Origin: Chrysomallon squamiferum
Taxonomy: Eukaryota > Animalia > Mollusca
Direction of reading: 5' to 3'
Assembly (NCBI GenBank): GCA_012295275.1
Contig: CM022672.1
Coordinates: forward strand, 27,776,001-27,840,000
DNA: 64,000 nt
Shown: in pieces, positions 1 through 12,000 of the stretch
How the letters are laid out: the number at the start of each line of letters is the position of its first letter
Numbering within the stretch: position 1 is the first letter of the stretch
Translations under genes and position numbers: made by a program
Notes under the pieces: generated by a model
Seen by the model: the letters and a program-made list of their open reading frames with translations, nothing else
Told to the model about the DNA's origin: nothing
The model's database searches: none

Positions 1-352
1 TTGTCATTTCTCCTTTCCAACAGTTGGAACTAAGTGTTTTGCTTTTGAGATTATGATAGAAACTTTTAATAACAATTAAATAAATTGTAACTAATAATAC
101 AACTGTTTAATCTACTTTTAGGTATTTTCTTATATAAATAAATACGACTGTAGTTTTAAAGCAATGATAAACGATTTAACTCAGTCTGGTATGATCATTT
201 GCGTCAGTTGTTTCATAGTACTTTTAATCTTAATTACTCTGACGAAATATTTAAAAGAAAATTAGTGCTTTAATTACACCAGTTATTTAGATTAAAGACA
301 ACTATCAGTAAGCTACTTTTTTCTATTTCTACCTATCTTAAATAAACGCTAC

Positions 353-354
353 TA

Positions 355-418
<64 letters not shown>
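353..418. repeat. (TAT)n microsatellite
   Basis: Perfect tattattat run. Similar (AAT)n/(TAT)n runs occur at about 2917, 30005-30115, 33060, 42485, 50553, 58244, 63520-63680 and 63800-63870. Confidence 0.95.
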
Positions 419-420
<2 letters not shown>

Positions 421-836
421 TTGAATGACCTGTCAGTTTTGTTTATGTACTTATCTTATTTTTGTTTGTATGCGTTTTTGACTCCCTTTTTGTGAAAACG
501 TCTGCTGGTTTATGGAAGAATCTTCATTCTAGAATTCATATTGAAATGAAAATAAATTGTTTTATAAGTGTAATGCAGTGATACAGAGAATGTTGATATC
601 TAGGTTTACTTTGTTGATGTCGAGTTAAAACATCTATTTCTATCTACTGTGAAATTATGTAGTTTACTTACCACGAAACACTGAAAACCTACACCGAATG
701 CATGTAACGAACATATTCTCCGCTTCACACTTTGGAAGTATATACTATGACTATAAAATATATGTCCAAAAAGTTTCAGTCCCATTAAACTGACGAATTT
801 TTGTTTGAAATTAGTAATCGCGATTACTGACTTCTC

Positions 837-868
<32 letters not shown>

Positions 869-1679
869 CGTGTTTAAATATTCACAGAAATAACTAGTGA
901 TTCTGAAAGTTGTTTTACTGCCTAAGATAAATCATAAAAGTTACCATAATATCGTTTTCAAAGATGTGTTATTTCTATCATGGCGACCCAAGCCGATCAT
1001 GTGACCAACCAACCAAAACACGTGCAGTAACATATAAACTCATTTCACTGTGTATTCGTAATATAATAAAATATCATCGGAGGAAACTAGTTAAAGCATT
1101 AATTGCAAAGAAAATGCCAGGCTGTAAACAAAATACCCAGAAACATCTTGATGATAATAACAGCTTTATGCATAAGTCATTAAAATCTTACTAAAAAGTT
1201 AATTCCCCCTTCTTCCCGTAGCACCATAGTTAAGCTTCAGAAATAGTTTGTGTCTTGAGAATTTTATACGCGGCAGCAACTGTTCAGTTTAATATCTTTA
1301 TCATACAGTGTAAGGCGTGTTATTTATTTATTTTATTTTTATATATTTTTTATTATTTATTTATTTATTTATTAGCATGGTAATAGTTGCATACAAATAC
1401 GTTTTAATTTGTTTTTATAAAAAATTATTTATTTATTTATTTATTTGTTTAGTATCAGTATGGTAAATATGGGTCTCATACTAATCAGTTTCTTTTATTT
1501 TTCTAATTTTTTTTTCTTTTTTTTTTTTTACATCACAAACACAACAATAAACAGAAATTCTGCCTTTTCACTGCCAGCGATGCCAAACAATATTTTTATT
1601 GGCATTTAATAATAAGACACATTTTCGTATAACCATCGCAATCAAGATGCTCTAAATGCATGTGTTATAAAACGGGAAG

Positions 1680-2530
1680 ACATGAAAATGAGTTTGTGAA
1701 AATAATGCATTTGGATGCAAAGGACTGTTTCATTTCTTCCAGGGCTTTAAGAATGGTCTGAATTTCAGCAGTGAAAACCGATGCCGAATCGCACAGTCTC
1801 ATGAAAAAGGTTACGTCCGGCTGAAAAACTGCAGCACAAGCTACAGAATTCCCGTCCCGGAATCCATCCTTTATTAGTAAACAGGGATAAAATCACGGAA
1901 TCTTTCTTTTACTTCTATGAAAAATTGATGATAAATAATGATCTGTGCTATCTCTTCTATGATGCACAAGATCCAGCATAATGTTTGGTGGCTTAACACA
2001 CAATGCTGAAAGAACAAAATGCGTAGGTGTTTCCAAATGTCTGAAAAATCAATGTTGGAAGCAGTTAAAATCGGCCTTGCATCAACCTCACATATTTGTT
2101 GTCAAATATCGTGTCATGCTGACCCATATACAATGCATCCGCAATCCAATTTAGATCTTATTAAAGACCTATGAAGTCGACGCTTGACTTTTCGGTCTTC
2201 TCCCCATTCACTATTGCCAATAACTTTTAAAATATTGAGGGCTTTTAGGGCCTTGTTTTTTAACATTTTTCAGATGGGTACAAAGGATAATTTCCTGTCA
2301 AATATAACCGCCCGAAATATGGTTTCATCCACGACAGGAATTGATCGTTGGTCCAAATGGAGACATCTTTTCTGGCAGCTATGCATACATACCGTTTTTG
2401 TTTTTGAGAAACTAAATCCGTTATCAGTTGCAACTGACGTCCATGTTAGTGGAGCAGCATTTATCGCTGAATATTACAAAATGTCTCTATCTCTGATGCT
2501 ATTATTAAAATGGTCACATACAAATGACAG
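1680..2530 (-). mobile_element. Decayed non-LTR retrotransposon fragment (I/Nimb/Ingi-like clade; C-terminal RT region + RNase H)
   Basis: Minus-strand translation across stops and frameshifts gives ATDNGFSFSKTKTVCMH, IPVVDET..VIFDRKLSFVP, VIGNSEWGEDRK, RSLIRSKLDCGCIVYGSA, then RNase H motifs DGFRDGNSVACAAVF and DSASVFTAEIQTILKALEE. These are typical of RNase-H-bearing I-group LINE ORF2. Confidence 0.85.
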
Positions 2531-2911
2531 GACATGATTTATTTGTTATATCAAACTGTCTGCTATTTTTTTTTCATCGTCGTAAGCATTAGCTTGTTCA
2601 TTTTAAATGAAGGAATTAAGTGCCAAGGCAATGAAATCTAAGGGCACAGACTCTCGAATTTGTGAAAGTTATAAAATATTGTAATTTTATTTTTAATATT
2701 TATAAAGAATTATTGTGATTAACTAGTTTTACTTGCGTTTTGTAAACATAATATAAAAGTACATCAAAAGTGACCCATAAGTATATACTGTATATATAAA
2801 AATAAAAAATAAAAATGTTTTAAAAAGCAAAAGAAGTTATGTGGTGTTCTACTTTTCGCTCTTCTTCTAATTTTAGTCGCTAAACTAGTGGTAATTAAAA
2901 AGAAACCGAAA

Positions 2912-2967
<56 letters not shown>

Positions 2968-5624
2968 TTACAAAAAGAAAATCTATACTAACATTCGTTC
3001 TGAATTAATATTTACCCGTATCTTTTCATTATTAGTATTACATCCTTAAGTTAACGAAAATGAGCCAAAGTAAAAAAGAAATCTAAATTATTTAAAAAGT
3101 AAAATAATCTATATAGGGGTGCAACTAATCCCCTTCTTTTAATTTTTGTGAGCAAATTCTATCCGCTAGATTAGTGATGATTAGTGATGAAATGGAAAAA
3201 ATAACAACAACAACAATAACTATAAATATTAGGTAATGCAATTAAATACTAGAAAATAAACGAATCAAAATTTATTTGAGGGTTCAACAGTGTTCTTGTA
3301 AAAAAAAAATGTTTTATTTTTTATTTTTATTTATGTTTTGGTAGTGTTATGAAATGAAACTGGCTACAGAATACTCCAAATGGTTAACTGTTGAAGCTAT
3401 GTATTTATTAATTAATACTTTTTGTTTAAATTATTATATAAATGTTGGAGAAAGATGGACACATTCTGTTTGTTTTAGAAATAGGTGAATGTATTCAGTT
3501 TATAATGTTCGTTCGACCAAAGTTCGTTACTAATAAATTAATAAATACAATAATCTTTCTTATAATTTAAAATCATATATCTGAACCACTGAACTTTAAA
3601 ATAAAGAAAATAAAATAGGCTCCAATTTGTTTCTTCTTAACGGTTTTTAATTATCTGGAGCATCATTATTTCGAAAATCTGTAATCATAATTAACATGTA
3701 TGTAAATTATTGATGCAGTATTCAGGGTACTTATCTGATTTTACAGTTCAAGAAATATAGTGGATGGCTGTAACTGTAAAAAAACTATTCGTGACTTAGT
3801 AGTTTTTGTTGCAGCTGTCCACTGCACTGGCTGTGTTGTACATTAACAAACAGGAAGTGTTTAGCAAATTCTATTCACACATCCCTCCACCAATAAAAAA
3901 AAGAAAAAGAAGAAGATCCCAGAAAACAGAGAAAGAGATATAAAATTGTGCCTGTTTTGTACCTGACTGGGCGAGCAAAAGTGTTAGAAACCAAATGTGG
4001 CATCCACATCAAACAAGTCCGTTAAGACGCGGTGTTTATAAAATATAAATTATGGAAAGACGTTGAATGACTGAAGTAACACAATTATGTACAAACGTGT
4101 TTTGCCGGTTGTAAATAAGCTGTCGCAACTTCGTAACCAGTTTGCTTCCACTGTTAGGCTAGATGTTATGTAGCGGGAATATTTTAAATAAATAAAATAT
4201 GTCCTAGTTTCCATAAATGTAGCCGACGGTATACTTGTCGGAATCGCGTAACCCAATTAATAATTTATGTGATTTGATTAATATCTAATTTTTAATTTTT
4301 ACTGCAAATATTCACTTTCAGTGGAGTGGATAAATATTTGTCAGCAGGAATAGTTTATTTACTTGGAAATATGAACTGAAATTAGAATGGAGGAATCAAC
4401 ACAAAACAAAAGAGCGAAAAAGAAAAAAAATAACAAAAAGAGAGCAAGAAAAAGAACAATAATCATAAAATATTTTCTTATTATATTGATTTTTAACTGT
4501 TGAGATATAATTCATCTTGGATGGATTTTTTGGGGGATTTCCTTTTTTTCTTCTTTTTTTTTTCATTATTAATTTATAGAAGCAAAGCTGAACTGATGTC
4601 ACTTTCCTAAGTTTTGATTGGATGGTAAACATGTTAACACAATGGCTATTGTTTGATACTGCCTGGATTTAGTAATTAGTGAAGCTGCTTAATTAAATCT
4701 CCACAGAAACCTGGCCATTGGCTGGGCAGGGTGAGTTGTTTGTCACCTGGTGTCGTTGTTAATTTTCAAAACGACATCTGAACTAGCAGCATATGTGTGC
4801 AAAATATACTAATACTGCAACAATTGAAAAACAATTGATAAGTCTCGGTAAATATACTTTGCCTTTATTTACAATTAATTATATTTTGTACTTTGCTAAT
4901 AACCACACTTTTAAAGTTTTTTTATTTTTTTATTTTATTTTTTTTTTTTCCCTTAATATTACATGATGGACAGTGTTTTGAATTTTGAAATATTACTAAA
5001 GTTTAAGTAGTCGCCATTTTTAATTTTGATATTTTTATCTTTAATTTTTATTTTAAACTGAGTAATTATGATTTAGAAAAATTTATTAATGAATGATACC
5101 ATATTTTAAAATATCAGTTCATCTTCCAAATTATTTTATAGTTTTGTTTTGGTACTTTGTGGTTTGCAGTATTTATAAATGCAGATGAAATTATACCAGG
5201 CTGTGTTTATTTACTTTAAAAAAAAAAAAAAAAAAAAAACACATTTTATAACTAATTGTTTTCTTTTTCTTTTTAGCCTCTGTACTGAAATGAATAATCT
5301 CTTGCTGAGAGTCACAAAATGAGGAGATGACTGATGAAAGCATCTGTGTTTAGTATTAACTGGAAATGGAATTTTAATACTATACAGGCTCTAGCATGAG
5401 TAAGTAACATAACAGTATATAAGTTTTATATTTTAATGTTTTAAAATTCAAAAATCTTTTCAACTAAACAATAATGATATGGTTAAGAAGTATATTTACA
5501 AACACTTAGATATATTATTACTTCTTTTTATCAACATTGAAACTTTATACAGCACTACTGCCCACACAGACACATACAAATATATAGAATTAGCTATATA
5601 ACATAGCTTGTCTCAAACACTTAC

Positions 5625-5818
5625 TGTGATGGACTTGAAGTAACAGGTCAGAGTATGGGAGTTGTAGAAATTTTCTCCATAGATATAGATTTTCTGTGTA
5701 CAAGAACCTGTCCCCATATCACACAATCCACCCTGAGAGGATCCATGAACTTTAGGGGGAACTGACAAATCCAATGAACAGTCTTCTCCTACATAGCCCT
5801 CATGACAATCACACACAC
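5625..5818 (-). CDS. VWDE: VWDE-like protein exon 9 of 9 visible (EGF C-half and following Cys domain: VCDCHEGYVGEDCSLDLSVPP...GENFYNSHTLTCYFKSIT)
   Basis: AG acceptor at 5820-5819, GTAAGT donor at 5624; phase 1 in, phase 0 out; EGF CxC-x2-GYxGxDC motif. Confidence 0.85.
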
Positions 5819-5924
5819 CTATAAATTCAATGATTTATATACACTTGTACATTTATTGAATTAATTACACACATCTACAAAACACTGAATTAATCAGAAC
5901 ACCTATAAATACATTGATTTAATC

Positions 5925-5956
5925 AAAGGCACCAATAAATATTTATTGGTGCCTTT
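5925..5956. repeat. Perfect 32-bp palindrome in VWDE-like intron
   Basis: aaaggcaccaataaat|atttattggtgccttt is an exact reverse complement with no spacer. Confidence 0.9.
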
Positions 5957-6231
5957 ATATATATATATATACACACACATACGCATACACACAAACCTGA
6001 AGAAATTACATACTGTTAATTATATTTCTATTTAAACTATTAAATCTTATTAGTTAAGTATGTAACAGTAATTATATTTATTTAATCACACACATATATA
6101 TTAATTAATTATATGTCTTTAATAGTCTTTTATGCACATACTTGTAACTAAAGTCACAAAAAGGAATCATATAAACCTGTAAATCAAATGGCTCAGTATG
6201 AGATGCTCACAAACAAAATAATGACACTAAC

Positions 6232-6415
6232 CTTCTCTACATGTCCCATGGTCATTGCATTCCTCTGGACAAACACTGCCAATGATGCTGAAGTCAATGG
6301 TAGTGAGACCAGATTCAGATTTAACCCAGAACCGATCGTTCATCACCACTTCAGACACACACTGTTCTTTAACATTCTCCAGTGCAGTAGTAGTATAGCG
6401 TGTGTCATCCATAAT
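6232..6415 (-). CDS. VWDE: VWDE-like exon 8 (IMDDTRYTTTALENVKEQC...CPEECNDHGTCREG; EGF N-half)
   Basis: TTCAG acceptor, GTTAGT donor, 184 nt (phase 0 to 1); CPxxCxxHGxC EGF motif. Confidence 0.85.
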
Positions 6416-6612
6416 CTGAATTATATAGAAGTGAAACACTACACTAACACACACACAGACACTACTCACATGTACACATACTATATACAAAGACACAGAG
6501 AAAATGGAAAGAAAAGAGACAGAACATCAAAGAATGGAAAGACAACTGACAGCATATAAAAATGAGAAAGCGATAGAAAGACAAATAGATAGATAAGCAG
6601 ATAGATAGATCT

Positions 6613-6615
<3 letters not shown>

Positions 6616-6666
<51 letters not shown>
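6616..6666. repeat. (AG)n microsatellite in intron
   Basis: Perfect agagag run. Confidence 0.95.
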
Positions 6667-6668
<2 letters not shown>

Positions 6669-6723
6669 TGGTGATAGAAATAGACAAATAGAGAATTAAA
6701 GTAGTTGTTAAATCTAATATTAC

Positions 6724-6882
6724 CTGAATGTCCTCCACATAACCTTTGATAACAAGGTCAAGGTCAATGTTTTGAACTTTGCTGGTACAGACACGACCAG
6801 ACTCGTGTTTCTGTATGTACTCAGTACAGAACTGTTTTGCCTTCTCCATAGTCCAGCCTTTCAGTGTTGGCCAGGTGTATCC
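6724..6882 (-). CDS. VWDE: VWDE-like exon 7 (GYTWPTLKGWTMEKAKQFC...GYVEDIQ)
   Basis: 159 nt, phase 0/0, CAG|GTA donor, weaker AAG acceptor. The WPTxxGWTxxxAxxFC motif is characteristic of VWDE-family proteins. Confidence 0.8.
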
Positions 6883-7144
6883 CTTCAAGTAACACTTACA
6901 TTCACATTAACTGTTACCAACATTTACTTTTACTCTTACACTAACATTTAAATTAGTTTACCACTTATATTAAACATTAGACCAACATATATATAACTGT
7001 TCCACTAAACTTTTAATGAACTGTTTAACATTAAACTATTACATTAAGATTTACATAAATAACTAATATACATACATTTATGTAATCTGTTACATTGCAT
7101 TTTATGTGTGTTTAATGTTAACTAAAGAAATGATATCAGTGTAC

Positions 7145-7236
7145 CTGGGGAGATGAGTCAACATCATGCTCATATACAACGCACTGACTGGAGCCAACAG
7201 CTGCCGTCTGTTTTAGTTCATCTGTAATATCTTTAC
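7145..7236 (-). CDS. VWDE: VWDE-like exon 6 (GKDITDELKQTAAVGSSQCVVYEHDVDSSPQ)
   Basis: TTTACAG acceptor, CAG|GTAC donor, 92 nt; its phases (1 to 0) join neighbouring exons without stops. Confidence 0.75.
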
Positions 7237-7522
7237 CTGTAAACACAAATAAATATAGTAAGTGTGACTGAGATCACTTAGTGAGCTAACTTCATATATA
7301 AATATGACTCAGTGTTTTGATGTCAAGCACTTCTACTGTCTACTCTTGAGTCCAGTTTTTTATGCCGAACATTTCTATTGTTTAATGTGAGTCCAGCATT
7401 TTGATGTCAAACACTTCTGTTGTTTACTGTGAGTCCAGTGTTTCATCTCCTGATATTTGTTTTGATGTAGTAAAAGCACAGAGACAATGATGTACTTGGG
7501 TATACAAAGCTGTATAACATAC

Positions 7523-7689
7523 CTTGTCTGATTTTCTCGAAATTGTCTTGACACATGAAGGCATAGCCATGGCTACAGTCAATGTTTTCTTTGTTGTCAC
7601 AGGAACAGTAAGTCTGGCTGACAGTTGTACCTTTAGTTGCAGTAGCTGCACCACAGACACCTCTGTACAATGATTCTTCTTTACTCATT
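7523..7689 (-). CDS. VWDE: VWDE-like exon 5 (MSKEESLYRGVCG...YCSCDNKENIDCS...KIRQG)
   Basis: AACAG acceptor, G|GTATGT donor, 167 nt (phase 2 to 1); follows SWR with the SLY/SLF and YCxC motifs seen after the VWD domain. Confidence 0.8.
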
Positions 7690-7834
7690 CTGTTAAACAA
7701 TTAAATTAATATGTACAGTTTTATTTATATCATGACAACTCACTTTTGCTCGTTGTTATTTCATTATCAAATAAGTACAGAACATGTGTATTCTGTTTGA
7801 GTACTTTAAATAGTTAAGTATTTAAAATATTTAC

Positions 7835-7940
7835 CTCCAGCTAACTGAGAATTTGTTTGGGTAAGCACCTCCAGTAACAATGCCTCCATCTCTTGTTTTC
7901 AAATCATTGTTCTTGTTCCCATCAAATGTTCCACACAGAC
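7835..7940 (-). CDS. VWDE: VWDE-like exon 4 (GLCGTFDGNKNNDL...FSVSWR; end of VWD domain)
   Basis: Hallmark VWD motif GLCGxFDGNxxND...FxxSW; canonical AG/GT; 106 nt. Confidence 0.9.
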
Positions 7941-8172
7941 CTAACAACAATTTTAATTTAGTTAATGAATGGAATAATCTACGCAGACCTAACAACACTT
8001 TAATTTAATTTGTGACTCAAATTATATGCACAGACCTGTCAACCCTCTTTTTAAATTAGTGAGTCAAAAAATCTACACAGATCTAACAACAGTTTTAATT
8101 TAGTTAGTTACTCAAACTAACTAGACAGACCTAACGACACATAAAAATATGGATATGAAATTAAAACAATAC

Positions 8173-8272
8173 CTTCTGTGTGATCAAAGTCAATAGCTGA
8201 TGCACTAAACCAGACATTTAGAAACTCTCCATTAACAGACACTGTCAACAATGACCCACTGAGCAACATCAC
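8173..8272 (-). CDS. VWDE: VWDE-like exon 3 (VMLLSGSLLTVSVNGEFLNVWFSASAIDFDHTEG)
   Basis: TTACAG acceptor, G|GTATTG donor, 100 nt; leads in phase into GLCG. Confidence 0.85.
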
Positions 8273-8418
8273 CTGTAACAACAGCATTTACTTTACATTA
8301 AGACTGAGTTTATATTAATCATCTGTAGATGTTTTTCTTAAAGCCTAAAACTGCTATATAAAAAATATTATTTTTGTTTTAAACTAAACTGTGCTGCAAA
8401 GAGATTTAGCAAACTCAC

Positions 8419-8631
8419 ATCATATTTCTTTCCTCCATTCATTCTGATCACTCGAAATCCAGCTGTTAACTCTCCTGTTAGGTACAACTGTACTGAAATA
8501 GGTGTTCCATAGTTTGATTTGCCCATTGATGGTCCACATCTATCAACTACAACAACATCATCATCAACCTGCACAGCAACAGCACAATTGCAAGCTGCTC
8601 TCCCATTGCATTTTCGGTAGAATGTGTGGAT
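8419..8631 (-). CDS. VWDE: VWDE-like exon 2 (IHTFYRKCNGRAACNCAVAVQVDDDVVVVDRCG...GGKKYD; VWD domain)
   Basis: CTCCAG acceptor, GTGAGT donor, 213 nt; CxxxAxCNCAVAV motif of VWDE-type VWD domains. Confidence 0.9.
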
Positions 8632-8937
8632 CTGGAGAAACAAAAAGGAACAAAAAAAAAAAAAACCCAGACATGAATGATATATTACTTAACAGATGTT
8701 AATTTATTATTTGTCTTCTCTATGCATATCATCTGAAGTCAGGTTTTCATTTATTACCATAACCATCATCATTATCACTACTATTATTAATTAATAATTC
8801 TTAGTAGTAATGCTTCAACTAATATCACAAAAATAAAAACATCAACAGTAACAACAAACATTTCTTACTTACTTCATGAAATAATATTAAATGTAACTGT
8901 TTACAAGTATATGTCAGCTAGATTATTTCTTACTTAC

Positions 8938-9001
8938 TTCATATGGCAGAGTGGTGTGCCGGTAGAGAATAAATTCTCCCTCATTGAAATTGTTGTAGTA
9001 T
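8938..9001 (-). CDS. VWDE: VWDE-like exon 1 of 9 visible (YYNNFNEGEFILYRHTTLPYE; VWD N-terminal part)
   Basis: ACTAG acceptor, GTAAGT donor, 64 nt; GEFxLYR motif that follows TFDG in VWD domains. The nine exons splice into 426 uninterrupted codons. Confidence 0.85.
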
Positions 9002-9069
9002 CTAGTATAAATACATTATATAATAAGTCACAGAAAAAAACCCCATCAAATATTGGTAAATAACAGTTA

Positions 9070-12000
9070 AAAATATAACATATTTGATTTTTATTGCTGA
9101 TAAATGTAAAATTATATGATTAGACTTTTGTTGATGATGACAGCAAAAATATAACATTAGATTTGTTCCACCGATGAAAGCAAAAATATAACATTTGATT
9201 TTTGTTGCTGATGAAAGGAAAAATATAACATTAGATTTGTTTCAGTGATGAAAATAAAAATATAACATTTGATTTGTTTCATTTTGAAAAAAAAAAATAA
9301 AATTAATGAAAGTAAAAATATAACATTAGATTTGTTTTGTTGATGAAAGTAAAAATATAACATTAGATTTGTGTTGTTGATGAAAGTAAAAATATAACAT
9401 TAGATTTGTGTTGTTGATGAAAGTAAAAATATAACATTAGATTTGTTTTGTTGATGAAAGTAAAAATATAACATTAGATTTGTTTTGTTGATGAAAGTAA
9501 AAATAACATTAGATTTTTGTTGTTGATGAAAAAGTAAAATATAACATTTGATTTTTGTTGATGAAAATAAAAATATAACATTAGATTTGTTTTGTTGATG
9601 AAAAAAAAAAATATAACATTAGATTTGTTTTGATGAAAAGTAAAAATATAACATTAGATTTGTTTCAGTGATGAAAATAAAAATATAACATTAGATTTGT
9701 TTGTTGAAAAATAAAAATATAACATTAGATTTGTTTGTTGATGAAAGTAAAAAATATAACATTTGATTTTTTTTGTTGATGAAAAAAAAATAAAGATTTG
9801 TTTTGTTGATTTTAACATTTGATTTGTGATGAAAAGTAAAAATATAACATTAGATTTGTTTTGTGATGAAAGTAAAAATATAACATTAGATTTGTTTCAC
9901 TGATGAAAGTAAAAATATAACATTAGATTTGTGTTGTTGATGAAAGTAAAAATATAACATTAGATTTGTTTGTTGATGAAAGTAAAAATATAACATTAGA
10001 TTTGTGTTGTTGATGAAAGTAAAAATATAACATTAGATTTGTTTTGTTGATGAAAAAAAAAAATAACATTAGATTTGTTTTGTTGATGAAAGTAAAAAAT
10101 ATAAATTAATGAAAAAAAAATATAACATTAGATTTGTTTGTGGATGAAAGTAAAAATATAACATTAGATTTGTGTTGTTGATGAAAGTAAAAATATAACA
10201 TTAGATTTGTTTCAGTGATGAAAATAAAAATATAACATTAGATTTGTTTCACTGATGAAAATAAAAATATAACATTAGATTTGTGTTGTTGATGAAAGTA
10301 AAAATATAACATTAGATTTGTTTCAGTGATGAAAGTAAAAATAACATTAGATTTGTTTTGATGAAAAAGTAAAAATAAACATTAGATTTGTTTTGATGAA
10401 AGTAAAATATAACATTTGATTTGTGTTGTTGATGAAAGTAAAAATATAACATTAGATTTGTGTTGTTGATGAAAGTAAAAATATAACATTAGATTTGTTT
10501 TGTTGATGAAAATAAAAATATAACATTAGATTTGTTTTGTTGATGAAAGTAAAAATATAACATTAGATTTGTTTTGATGAAAGAAAAATAAAAATATAAA
10601 GTATTAACATTTGTTTGTTTCAGGTGATGAAAAAAAAAATATAACATTAGATTTGTGTTGTGATGAAAAAAAAAAAAATATAACATTAGATTTGTTTGTT
10701 GATGAAAGTAAAAATATAAATTTGATTTGTTTGTTGATGAAAAAAAATATAACATTAATTTGTTTTGTTGATGAAAAAAAAAAAATATAACATTAGATTT
10801 GTTTCAGTTGATGAAAAAAAAATAAATAATTTGTTTGTTGATGAAAATTTAACATTAGATTTTTTTGTTGATGAAAAAAAAATATAACATTAGATTTGTT
10901 TTGTGATGAAAAAAAAAATATAACATTTTTTGTTTGATGAAAGTAAAAATAATAACATTATTATTTTGTTTGTTGATGAAAGTAAAAATATAACATTAGA
11001 TTTGTTTGTTGATGAAAAAAAAATATAACATTAGATTTGTTTGTTGATGAAAGTAAAAAAAAATAACATTAGATTTGTTTTGATGAAAATAAAAAAATAT
11101 AACATTAGATTTGTTTTGTTGATGAAAATAAAAATATAACATTAGATTTGTTTTGATGAAAAAAAAAAAATAACATTATTTTGTTTGTTGTTGTGATGAA
11201 AAAAAAATATAACATTAGATTTTGTTTTGTTTTGTGATGAAAATAAAAATATAAACATTAGATTTGTTTTGTTGATGAAAGTAAAAAAAATAACATTAGA
11301 TTTGTTTTTGTTGATGAAAAGTAAAAATATAACATTAGATTTGTTTTGTTGATGAAAAAAAAAAAAATAACATTAAATTTTAGTTTTGTTGATGAAAGTA
11401 AAAATATAACATTAGATTTGTTTGTGAAAAAAAAATAACATTAGATTTGTTTGTTTGAAAATAAAAATATAACATTTTGTTTGATGAAAAAAAATATAAC
11501 ATTAGATTTGTTTTTGATGAAAGTTTTTTGTTTGTTGAAAAGTAAAAATATAACATTAGATTTGTTTTGTTGATGAAAATAAAAATATAACATTAGATTT
11601 GTTTTTGATGAAAAAAAAAAATATAACATTAGATTTGTTTGTTGATGAAAGTAAAAATATAACATTAGATTTGTTTTTGATGAAAGTAAAAAAACATTAG
11701 ATTTGTTTCAGTGATGAAAAAAAATATAACATTAGATTTGTTTGTTGATGAAAAAAAAAAAATATAACATTAGATTTGTTTCAGATGAAAAAAAAAATAT
11801 AACATTAGATTTGTTTGTGATGAAAGAAAAAATAAATTAATTTGTGTTTTTGATGAAAAATAAAAATATAACATTAGATTTGTTTGTTGAAAAAAAAAAT
11901 ATAACATTAGATTTGTTTTGTTGATGAAAGTAAAAATATAACATTAGATTTGTTTTGTTGATGAAAAAAAAAATATAACATTAGATTTGTTTCAGTGATG

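Noticed and set aside
2184-2537. 117-aa plus-strand ORF
   Set aside because: It is the antisense shadow of the LINE RT remnant.
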